Assembly (NCBI RefSeq): GCF_050320075.1
Contig: NZ_CP190018.1
Reading direction: 5' to 3' (one strand)
Source: Escherichia coli
Lineage (GTDB): Bacteria; Pseudomonadota; Gammaproteobacteria; Enterobacterales; Enterobacteriaceae
DNA: 64,000 bases
Shown here: in pieces, positions 41,574 to 50,222 of the stretch
Layout: the number at the start of each line of letters is the position of its first letter
How positions within the stretch are numbered: the stretch's first letter is position 1
Notes under the pieces: generated by a model
What the model saw: only the letters and a program-made list of their open reading frames with translations
Told to the model about the DNA's origin: nothing
The model's database searches: none
Translations under genes and position numbers: made by a program

Positions 41574-43253
41574 ATGGCGGAAACAACTAAAGAGCGATTG
41601 AGCAAACAGTTCGCACAACTTGAAAGCGAGCGTCAGTCGTTCGAGCCGCACTGGCGCGAGTTGAGTGATTACATCAACCCGCGTGGTTCCCGCTTTCTGA
41701 CTTCTGAGGCCAACCGTAACGATCGGCGCAATACACACATTATTGATTCGACCGGGACTATGGCGGCGCGCACTCTCGCCAGCGGCATGATGTCAGGCAT
41801 CACAAGCCCCGCGCGTCCGTGGTTTCGCCTGGCTACGCCAGATCCTGAAATGATGGATTATGGCCCTGTTAAGTTGTGGCTTGAGGCGGTGCAGAACCGC
41901 ATGAACGATATGTTCAATAAGTCGAATCTCTATCAGTCGCTGCCGCAGTTATACGGAAGCCTCGGCACATACAGCACCGGTGCAATGGCGGTACTGGAGG
42001 ATGATGAGGACATCATTCGCACAATGCCATTCCCGATAGGCAGTTACTACCTGGCTAACTCACCTCGTGGCAGTGTTGACACCTGTTTTCGCAAGTTCTC
42101 TATGACTGTTCGTCAGCTTGTTCAGGAGTTCGGGCTAAATAACGTCAGCGAATCCGTAAAAAGCATGTGGGAAAGCGGCATCTACGAGAAGTGGATTGAC
42201 GTGATGCATTCGGTTTACCCGAACATTGACCGCGATACATCGAAGCTGGATAGCAAGAACAAGCCATTCAAATCGGTTTATTACGAGGTTGGTGGCGATA
42301 ACGACAAGTTGTTGCGTGAGTCCGGATTCGATGAGTTTCCAATTATGGCTCCGCGCTGGGAAGTTAACGGTGAAGATGTTTATGGATCATCATGCCCGGG
42401 CATGCTGGCGCTTGGACCTGTTAAGGCATTGCAGCTTCTCCAGAAGCGCAAGTCGCAGTTGATTGATAAAGCCACCAATCCGCCGATGGTTGCTCCGACT
42501 TCCCTCAAGAATCAGCGCGCCTCCCTTCTTCCTGGCGACATCACGTATATCGATCAGATTACTGGTCAGGATGGCTTCAGGCCTGCTTATCTGGTTAACC
42601 CCAGTACAGCAGATTTGGTGGCAGACATTCAGGACACTCGTCAAATCATTAACAGCGCCTACTTTGTCGATCTGTTCATGATGTTGCAGAACATCAATAC
42701 CCGCTCGATGCCTGTTGAAGCGGTGATCGAAATGAAAGAAGAAAAACTTCTGATGTTGGGGCCGGTTCTGGAGCGTCTGAACGACGAATGTCTTAATCCT
42801 CTCATTGACCGCGCTTTCTCGATGATGGTGCGTAAAAACATGCTGCCGCCACCGCCTGACGCGATGGAAGGCATGCCCCTGAAGGTCGAATACATTTCCG
42901 TCATGGCTCAGGCGCAGAAGTCTATCGGCCTGTCCAGTCTGGCGTCCACGGTTAACTTCATTGGTCAACTTGCGCAAGCGAAACCAGAAGCTCTCGACAA
43001 ACTCAACGTTGATCAGGCGATCGATGCATTCGCTGATATGTCCGGAGTGTCTCCAACCGTCATTGTTCCGCAGGAACAGGTTGAGCAGGCTCGCCAGCAA
43101 CGGGCACAGCAGCAACAGCAGCAACAAATGATGGCGATGGGGATGGCGGCGGCACAGGGGGCCAAGACGCTAAGCGAAGCTAAAACTTCGGATCCGAGTG
43201 TTTTGTCAGCTATGGCGAATGCAGTTAGTGGTCAGGGTGGGCAATCACAATGA
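41574..43253 (+). CDS. portal protein
   Basis: 559-aa ORF downstream of the large terminase and upstream of scaffold and capsid; size and Q-rich C-terminal tail typical of podovirus portals. Confidence 0.7.
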   Translation: MAETTKERLSKQFAQLESERQSFEPHWRELSDYINPRGSRFLTSEANRNDRRNTHIIDSTGTMAARTLASGMMSGITSPARPWFRLATPDPEMMDYGPVKLWLEAVQNRMNDMFNKSNLYQSLPQLYGSLGTYSTGAMAVLEDDEDIIRTMPFPIGSYYLANSPRGSVDTCFRKFSMTVRQLVQEFGLNNVSESVKSMWESGIYEKWIDVMHSVYPNIDRDTSKLDSKNKPFKSVYYEVGGDNDKLLRESGFDEFPIMAPRWEVNGEDVYGSSCPGMLALGPVKALQLLQKRKSQLIDKATNPPMVAPTSLKNQRASLLPGDITYIDQITGQDGFRPAYLVNPSTADLVADIQDTRQIINSAYFVDLFMMLQNINTRSMPVEAVIEMKEEKLLMLGPVLERLNDECLNPLIDRAFSMMVRKNMLPPPPDAMEGMPLKVEYISVMAQAQKSIGLSSLASTVNFIGQLAQAKPEALDKLNVDQAIDAFADMSGVSPTVIVPQEQVEQARQQRAQQQQQQQMMAMGMAAAQGAKTLSEAKTSDPSVLSAMANAVSGQGGQSQ

Positions 43254-43546
43254 CAGATTACGAAGACGATCAACTGAAAGAAGAAAACGCCCGTAAGCAA
43301 CGTGACATGGCACAGCGTGAAATTGATGACATTCGCTTTGTCATGAGCTGTGAACAGGGGCGTCGGGTTGTCTGGTCGGTACTGGAGAAAGGCCGTGTGT
43401 TTTCCGCTATCTCGCCGATGGACGCTATGGCAATGGCATTTAATGAGGGGCAACGCAATCTGGCGCTGGAACTGTTTCAGCGCGTTATGGCGCATTGCCC
43501 TGAACAGTATTTGAAGATGGCCAAAGAGGCCAGTGAACAGGAGTGA
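43250..43546 (+). CDS. hypothetical head-assembly protein
   Basis: 98-aa ORF coupled between portal and scaffold genes. Confidence 0.45.
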   Translation: MTDYEDDQLKEENARKQRDMAQREIDDIRFVMSCEQGRRVVWSVLEKGRVFSAISPMDAMAMAFNEGQRNLALELFQRVMAHCPEQYLKMAKEASEQE

Positions 43547-43549
43547 TCA

Positions 43550-44244
43550 TGAATTTATTTGAGCGTTTGCTGTATAGCCGTCTTTGCAATGAGCAACCAG
43601 TCGATGGTGGAGCAGCTCCGGCTGCGTCAGAACCGTCAGCGCCTGCAGGTGATAACCCTGCTCCAGTTGGTGATCCATCACAACAGGAAGGTGATAAGCC
43701 ACAACCTGTTGCTGATGGCGATAAACCTGCTGATGACAAAAAGCCTGAAAACGATAAGCAGGATGAAAAAAAGGACGGCGATAAACCAGAGGGTGCGCCT
43801 GAGAAGTACGAGTTTCAGGCTGCCGAAGGCGTAGAGCTGGATACAGAAGCGTTGAAGGAGTTCGAGCCGGTGGCGCGAGAACTTAACCTGACCAACGAGC
43901 AAGCGCAAAAGCTGGTTGATGCTTATCCGAAAATTCTGGCAGGTGTTCAGCAGCGCCAGGCAGAAGCCTGGCAGAAAACAACCGAGCAGTGGGCTGCGGA
44001 TGTAAAAGCTGACAAAGAAATCGGTGGCGACAAGTTGATTTCTAACCTTAGCGCCGCACAGCGTGCGCTTGACCAGTTCGGGACACCTGAACTCAAAGAA
44101 TATCTGAACACCACCGGGCTGGGTAATCACCCTGATCTGGTCAAAACGTTCGTGAAAATCGGAAAGGCTATGTCTGAAGATGGCATGGTCACCGGTGGTA
44201 ATGAAGGCCAGCGTAGTGCGGCCGAAGTGCTCTATGGCAAATAA
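43550..44244 (+). CDS. scaffolding protein
   Basis: Acidic, helical, low-complexity protein immediately upstream of the major capsid gene; ATG 43550 with AGGAG SD. Confidence 0.6.
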
Positions 44245-44258
44245 GAGAGGAGATAACA

Positions 44259-45245
44259 ATGTCTGTTAAAGGCTTAACTGCGCTAACGCTGGCTGACTGG
44301 GGTAAGCGCGTCGATCCAAATGGGAAAGTCGATAAGATTATCGAGCTTCTCAATCAAACTAACCCAATTCTTCAGGATATGCCTTTTGTTGAAGGAAACC
44401 TTCCTACCGGACACCGAACCACCATTCGTTCTGGTTTACCTTCTGCTACCTGGCGTTTGCTGAACTATGGCGTACAGCCAAGCAAATCAACCACAGTGCA
44501 GGTCACCGATTCCATTGGCATGCTGGAAACCTATGCTGAAGTCGATAAGTCTCTGGCTGATCTGAACGGTAATACTGCCGAATTCCGTCTGTCTGAAGAC
44601 CGAGCATTTATTGAAGCGATGAATCAGGCGATGGCGCAGACACTGTTTTACGGTGATTCCAGCGTTAACCCTCAGCAGTTTATGGGACTGTCCTCCCGCT
44701 ATTCCAGCCTGTCTGCGGGTAATGCTCAGAACATCATTGATGCTGGTGGCACGGGTACAGATAACACTTCAATCTGGTTAGTGGTGTGGGGCGAAAACAC
44801 CGTGCATGGCATCTTCCCGAAAGGACAGAAGGCTGGCATTCAGATGGAAGATAAAGGCCAGGTGACACTGGAAGATGCTAAAGGCGGCAAGTACGAAGGT
44901 TATCGTACCCATTATAAGTGGGACAACGGGCTGACATTACGTGACTGGCGCTATGTAGTTCGTATCGCAAACATTGATGTCAGTAATCTTGACGCTCCTT
45001 CTACTGCCGCGAATATCGCAAAACTGATGATTCGTGCCCTTCATCGAATCCCAAATCGTGGGATGGGACGTCCTGTTTTCTACATGAACAGAACCATTAA
45101 CGAAGTGCTTGACCTGCAATCTCTGGAGAAGAGTTCTCTGGCGATCAGCGTGAAAGAGACAGAAGGCGAATGGTGGACAGCACTTCGTGGTGTGCCGATT
45201 CGTGAAACTGACGCACTTCTGGAAACAGAAGCCCGCGTGGTGTAA
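44259..45245 (+). CDS. major capsid protein
   Basis: 328-aa ORF following the scaffold gene with a strong SD (GAGAGGAG); size and position typical of an HK97-fold capsid protein. Confidence 0.7.
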   Translation: MSVKGLTALTLADWGKRVDPNGKVDKIIELLNQTNPILQDMPFVEGNLPTGHRTTIRSGLPSATWRLLNYGVQPSKSTTVQVTDSIGMLETYAEVDKSLADLNGNTAEFRLSEDRAFIEAMNQAMAQTLFYGDSSVNPQQFMGLSSRYSSLSAGNAQNIIDAGGTGTDNTSIWLVVWGENTVHGIFPKGQKAGIQMEDKGQVTLEDAKGGKYEGYRTHYKWDNGLTLRDWRYVVRIANIDVSNLDAPSTAANIAKLMIRALHRIPNRGMGRPVFYMNRTINEVLDLQSLEKSSLAISVKETEGEWWTALRGVPIRETDALLETEARVV

Positions 45246-45296
45246 CGCCTGTTATTAACCTGTGGGCCGCAACAGGCCCACTAATGGAGAAAGAAG

Positions 45297-45734
45297 ATGA
45301 TCACCGACAAACTGTTGATGTTCTCCGAAGCACAGGCGGTAACTGATACCGCGGCTTCTACTGACGTAATCGATCTCGGTCCAATTGACGGAAACCGTCG
45401 CGATATCGGTGTGGGTTACCCGCTTGAGTTTTGGGTGCTGGTTAACGAAGCCGCCACGGCAAGTGGTGAGGCAACTGTAAACATCCAGTTGCAGACGAGT
45501 GAGAATAACAGCTCATGGTCCACTATTTATGATAGTGGCGCACTGGCAAAGGCCACCCTGACAGCAGGTAAGCGAGTTGTTTCTGCAAAGGTGCCTGCCG
45601 GTGTTCAGCGATATCTGCGTGTTAACTACTCCGTCGCAACTGGCCCACTAACGGCTGGCAAATTCACTGCGGGTATCAATCTTGATGTTGATGCCAATAC
45701 GCCGTATCCGATCCGCTCAAAAGTAACTGGTTAA
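45297..45734 (+). CDS. hypothetical head protein (possible decoration protein)
   Basis: 145-aa ORF immediately after the capsid gene. Confidence 0.45.
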   Translation: MITDKLLMFSEAQAVTDTAASTDVIDLGPIDGNRRDIGVGYPLEFWVLVNEAATASGEATVNIQLQTSENNSSWSTIYDSGALAKATLTAGKRVVSAKVPAGVQRYLRVNYSVATGPLTAGKFTAGINLDVDANTPYPIRSKVTG

Positions 45735-45744
45735 GGTGATATTG

Positions 45745-46080
45745 ATGTCAGGTGAGAAACCAAGATACCGCGTTCTGCGCCTCTCTCATATCCATAACAC
45801 TCTGTGGCCGGAGGGGGCAGAAATCGAATACGAAGGTGAGCCTGGTAGCGCACTGGAACCTGTTAACGATGCAGCCAGACAGGCAAAAGCAAAAGTTGCA
45901 GGAAAGGTGTCAATGGCAGCAACCAGCACCAAAATCATCAACGATGTGTCAGATGATGGTGAACTGGATAAGCTCCGTGAAGAGTACGAATTGCTCTTTA
46001 ACGAGAAGCCACACCATAACGCCAAAGCCGAAACGCTCCGCGAGAAGATCGCAGATAAGCGTAAAGAACTGGGCGTGTAA
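45745..46080 (+). CDS. hypothetical virion-associated protein
   Basis: ORF 45736-46080; ATG 45745 with AAGGTGA SD; followed by a terminator. Confidence 0.45.
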   Translation: MSGEKPRYRVLRLSHIHNTLWPEGAEIEYEGEPGSALEPVNDAARQAKAKVAGKVSMAATSTKIINDVSDDGELDKLREEYELLFNEKPHHNAKAETLREKIADKRKELGV

Positions 46081-46096
46081 GCCTCGCGAATCAGAC

Positions 46097-46118
46097 AAGG
46101 GGCTTCGGCCCCTTTATT
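46097..46118 (+). terminator. intrinsic terminator between head and tail modules
   Basis: Hairpin ggggcttcggcccc followed by tttatt. Confidence 0.55.
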
Positions 46119-46136
46119 GCAGGAGTATAGAAACTT

Positions 46137-46742
46137 ATGGCCTCTGTAGTAGAGATCTGCAATCGTGCGCTGTCCAATATTGGCAACAGCCGCAGTATTA
46201 ACAGCCTGACGGAAGCCAGCAAGGAAGCGGGGGAATGTTCGCTGCACTTTGAGGCCTGCCGTGATGCTGTGCTTTCTGATTTTGACTGGAACTTTGCTAC
46301 CAAACGCGTGGCGCTTGCAGATACGAGCAATCCACCGCCTGACTGGGAATATGCGTACCAGTACCCGTCCGATTGTCTGCGCATTACTGAAATTATGCTT
46401 CCTGGTGTACGCAATCCAACAGCAGCAATGCGCGTTCAGTACGAAGTTGGTGCAGACACCAACGGAACAGGAAAGTTGATCTACACAGACCAGCCGCAGG
46501 CATGGCTCAAGTATGTATCTCGCGTTTCAGATGTGAACATGTTTGATGCCATTTTTATGGAGGCGTTGGCCTGGCGTCTTGCGGCAGCCATTAACATGGC
46601 GCTGACTGGGAATGCAGACCTCGGTACGTTTGCCCTCAATATGTACAATCGCGTGATTCTTAGTGCTGGCTCGCATAGCCAGAATGAATCACAGGAACCA
46701 CAGCCACCGGTTGACGAGTTTACCATTGCGAGGTTGTCCTGA
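46137..46742 (+). CDS. tail tubular protein A-like (T7 gp11-like adaptor)
   Basis: 201-aa protein of gp11-like size with a similar N-terminal pattern, directly upstream of a roughly 820-aa gp12-like protein. Confidence 0.5.
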   Translation: MASVVEICNRALSNIGNSRSINSLTEASKEAGECSLHFEACRDAVLSDFDWNFATKRVALADTSNPPPDWEYAYQYPSDCLRITEIMLPGVRNPTAAMRVQYEVGADTNGTGKLIYTDQPQAWLKYVSRVSDVNMFDAIFMEALAWRLAAAINMALTGNADLGTFALNMYNRVILSAGSHSQNESQEPQPPVDEFTIARLS

Positions 46743-49213
46743 TGGCTATCAGTTGGATCCAGCCCAGCTTTGCCGGTGGTGAGATTGGACCGTCGTTGTA
46801 CGGACGTATCGACATGGCGAAGTACCAGGTGGCATTGCGCAAGTGCGATAACTTTATCGTGCGGCAGTATGGCGGCGTTGAGAATCGACCAGGTACGCGT
46901 TTTGTCGGTGCCGCAAAATACCCAAATCGGAAATGCCGCCTGATCCCGTTCCAGTTCTCGACGGTTCAGACCTATGCTCTGGAGTTCGGACACCAGTACA
47001 TGCGCGTTATCAAAGATGGTGCGTTGGTGCTGAACAGCAGCAATGTTATTTATGAAATTGCCACGCCATATACTGAAGCCGATCTGTTCCGAATTAAATT
47101 CACGCAAAGCGCCGACGTGCTTACGCTGGTTCACCCGGCATACCCGCCGAAAGAGTTGCGCCGCTACGCGCATGACAACTGGCAACTGGTTGATGTGGTA
47201 ACGAAGAACGGGCCATTTGAAGATATCAATATTGACGAGTCAGTGACGGTTTATGCCAGCGCCAGCACCGGGACAATTACGTTAACGGCAAGCGCCTCTA
47301 TTTTTGGCGCGGAGCAGGTAGGCAAATTGTTCTATCTGGAACAGCCTGCAGTGGATTCAGTGCCGGTATGGGAAACCAGTAAGAGTACGTCGATTGGCGA
47401 TATTCGCCGTGCAGACAGTAATTACTATCGCGCCGTTACAGCAGGCAAAACAGGCACTTTGCGCCCTTCGCATACAGAAGGCACATCATGGGATGGCTGG
47501 GGCGGCTCCGGTGATGATGATACTGGCATTGAGTGGGAGTATCTGCACAGTGGTTTTGGCATTGCCCGTATCACTGCTGTAAACGGCACTACTGCAACTG
47601 CCGAGGTGATTTCCTATATCCCTTCGCAGGTCGTTGGCGAGGATAATGCCAGCTATAAATGGGCTAAATATGCCTGGAACAGTGTTAATGGTTATCCTGG
47701 CACTGTTGTTTATTATCAACAACGTCTTTACTTCGCCGCATCGACTGCGTTCCCTCAGACTATCTGGGCCAGCCGTACCGGGGATTATAAGGATTTTGGC
47801 AAAAGCAATCCTACGCAGGATGACGACAGAATTATCTACACCTATGCCGGGCGTCAGGTTAATGAGATCCGCCACCTGATTGATGTTGGTTCGCTGGTGG
47901 CGCTGACTTCCGGAGGTGAGTACGTCATCACCGGCGACCAGAACAAAGTGTTAACCCCATCATCATTTGCATTCAGCTCTCAGGGATCAAATGGCTCAAG
48001 CAACGTCCCACCAATTGCTGTGGCGAATATTGCTCTGTTCGTCCAGGAGAAAGGCAGTGTTGTCCGTGATCTGGCCTACTCATTCGATGTTGACGGCTAT
48101 CAGGGGAACGACCTTACTATCCTTGCCAATCATCTTTTTCAGAAGCACAGCATTGTTGACTGGTGCTTCTCTATTGTCCCTTACTCCAGCGCCTTCTGCA
48201 TTCGTGATGACGGTAAATTACTGGTGATGACCTATTTGCGTGATCAACAGGTTTTTGCATGGGCACCACAGTCCAGTACCGGAAAATATGAAAGCACATG
48301 CAGTATCAGCGAAGGCAATGAAGATGCGGTGTATTTCGTCGTTAACCGAACCGTTAACGGGCAAACAGTGAGATACATCGAGCGGCTGTCCAGCCGTTTA
48401 TTTACCAGCGATGAAGATGCTTTCTTTGTTGATTCTGGCCTTAGCTATGATGGAAGAAATACGTCTGACAGAACGATGACCATCACTGGTGGTTCTGGCG
48501 AATGGGATTATCGCGCGGAATATACAATCAGTGTTTCTGGTGGTGCGTACTTCACCAGTAGTGATGTCGGCGCGCAACTACAGTTCCCTTATGCCGGAAC
48601 TGATCCTGATACTGGCGATGAAGTGTCAAAGGAATTACGTTGCGACATTATTTCTGTAACCAGCAATACCGCTGTAGTGGTTCGTGCCAACAGGAACGTC
48701 CCGCCATCCCTCAGGAATACGGCCACCACGAACTGGCAGATGGCGCGCCGGACATTTGGAGGCCTGTCTCATCTTGAAGGACAGACCGTAAACATTCTTT
48801 CTGATGCGAATGTTGAGCCACAGAAAGTTGTTTCCGGAGGTGCCGTCACACTGGAATCTCCGGGGGCTGTAGTGCACATCGGCCTGCCAATAACTGCTGA
48901 ATTCGAAACACTGGATATCAACATTAACGGACAGGAAACGCTGCTGGACAAAAAACAGGTGATCCCCTCCGTTACTCTGGTTGTGAATGCCAGTCGCGGC
49001 ATCTGGGCGACTACGCCCGGCGGTAAATGGTACGAATATCCACAGCGTGAATTCGAGTTCTACGATGATCCTGTTGATGATGCTACCGGAAAAGTAGAAG
49101 TGAAACTGGACAGTAACTGGGGCAAAAACGGACGTGTAAAAATCCGTCAGCTTGACCCGTTGCCGCTGTCTGTTCTTGCCGTTATTCCTCGCCTTACTGT
49201 TGGGGGATTCTGA
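46742..49213 (+). CDS. tail tubular protein B-like (T7 gp12-like nozzle)
   Basis: 823-aa ORF overlapping the gp11-like stop (TGATG); size and order match podovirus tail tube B. Confidence 0.55.
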   Translation: MAISWIQPSFAGGEIGPSLYGRIDMAKYQVALRKCDNFIVRQYGGVENRPGTRFVGAAKYPNRKCRLIPFQFSTVQTYALEFGHQYMRVIKDGALVLNSSNVIYEIATPYTEADLFRIKFTQSADVLTLVHPAYPPKELRRYAHDNWQLVDVVTKNGPFEDINIDESVTVYASASTGTITLTASASIFGAEQVGKLFYLEQPAVDSVPVWETSKSTSIGDIRRADSNYYRAVTAGKTGTLRPSHTEGTSWDGWGGSGDDDTGIEWEYLHSGFGIARITAVNGTTATAEVISYIPSQVVGEDNASYKWAKYAWNSVNGYPGTVVYYQQRLYFAASTAFPQTIWASRTGDYKDFGKSNPTQDDDRIIYTYAGRQVNEIRHLIDVGSLVALTSGGEYVITGDQNKVLTPSSFAFSSQGSNGSSNVPPIAVANIALFVQEKGSVVRDLAYSFDVDGYQGNDLTILANHLFQKHSIVDWCFSIVPYSSAFCIRDDGKLLVMTYLRDQQVFAWAPQSSTGKYESTCSISEGNEDAVYFVVNRTVNGQTVRYIERLSSRLFTSDEDAFFVDSGLSYDGRNTSDRTMTITGGSGEWDYRAEYTISVSGGAYFTSSDVGAQLQFPYAGTDPDTGDEVSKELRCDIISVTSNTAVVVRANRNVPPSLRNTATTNWQMARRTFGGLSHLEGQTVNILSDANVEPQKVVSGGAVTLESPGAVVHIGLPITAEFETLDININGQETLLDKKQVIPSVTLVVNASRGIWATTPGGKWYEYPQREFEFYDDPVDDATGKVEVKLDSNWGKNGRVKIRQLDPLPLSVLAVIPRLTVGGF

Positions 49214-49677
49214 TGATCGATGTTCAAATTATTCCCGCTACCGAAGAGCATCTTCAGATGATTTTGCCGGATGTTCGTCAGGCTGATATTGACGAACTGT
49301 ATGCGGTATCACTGATGACTACCGAAGATGCGCTGCGTGTTGGTCTGCGTACTGCGACTATGGCCTGGTCAGGATTTGCGAACGGAGAACTGGTAACCAT
49401 GTTTGGTGTATCTCCGGCGTCAATGATCGGTGGCAATGGTACGCCCTGGCTGGTCGGAACCAGCCGTATTGAAAAATATCAGAAGACATTTCTTCGCCAC
49501 TGCCGCCCTGTATTGCAGCAGATGCTGGCAGTTTATCCGCGCCTGGAAAACTACGTCGACGAGCGAAACCATGTTGCCAAAGCATGGCTGCACTGGCTTG
49601 GATTCAGGCTTGAAGAAGCCGCGCCTTATGGTGCTCTTGGTCTTAATTTCCACAGATTTCACATGGAGAGAAAATAA
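49213..49677 (+). CDS. hypothetical internal virion protein
   Basis: 154-aa ORF coupled to neighbours in the tail/ejection module. Confidence 0.4.
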   Translation: MIDVQIIPATEEHLQMILPDVRQADIDELYAVSLMTTEDALRVGLRTATMAWSGFANGELVTMFGVSPASMIGGNGTPWLVGTSRIEKYQKTFLRHCRPVLQQMLAVYPRLENYVDERNHVAKAWLHWLGFRLEEAAPYGALGLNFHRFHMERK

Positions 49678-50222
49678 TGTGCGATCCGGTTATTGCTGGT
49701 GGCGCAATGCTCGCCATGAGTGGCATTCAGGCATACACCCAGTACCAACAGGGAAAGTATGCCTCGAAGGTTGCAGAAGCGAACGCAGATATAGCCACAG
49801 CTCAGGCAAATGATGCAATAAACAGAGGTAACGCTGAAGCTGAGCAACGGCGCAGAGAGACCCGACAGCGGCTTGGTACACAGGCGGCGACAATGGGGGC
49901 TACCGGCGCTGATTTATCTACAGGTAACGCGCTGGATATATTTGGTGACACTGCTCAGTTTGGCGCTCTTGATTCGCTAACGACGGTGAATAACGCGCAA
50001 CGCGAGGCTTACGGTTATCAGGTTCAGGCTGCCAACTATAAAGCAGAAGCCAGATCAGCCCGTAAACAGGGGAATGTGGGAGCAGCAACAACATTGCTCA
50101 CTGCGCCTCTGAAGGCATACGGTGCGTACCAGATGTTTGGTGGGACGTGGAGTCCGTTTACTCAAAGCACTCCTGCGCCAATCGGGGCAGCAGCAGGAAC
50201 CAGATTACCCGGAGGATTATAA
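49677..50222 (+). CDS. hypothetical internal virion protein
   Basis: 181-aa Ala/Gln-rich ORF coupled to neighbours. Confidence 0.4.
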   Translation: MCDPVIAGGAMLAMSGIQAYTQYQQGKYASKVAEANADIATAQANDAINRGNAEAEQRRRETRQRLGTQAATMGATGADLSTGNALDIFGDTAQFGALDSLTTVNNAQREAYGYQVQAANYKAEARSARKQGNVGAATTLLTAPLKAYGAYQMFGGTWSPFTQSTPAPIGAAAGTRLPGGL

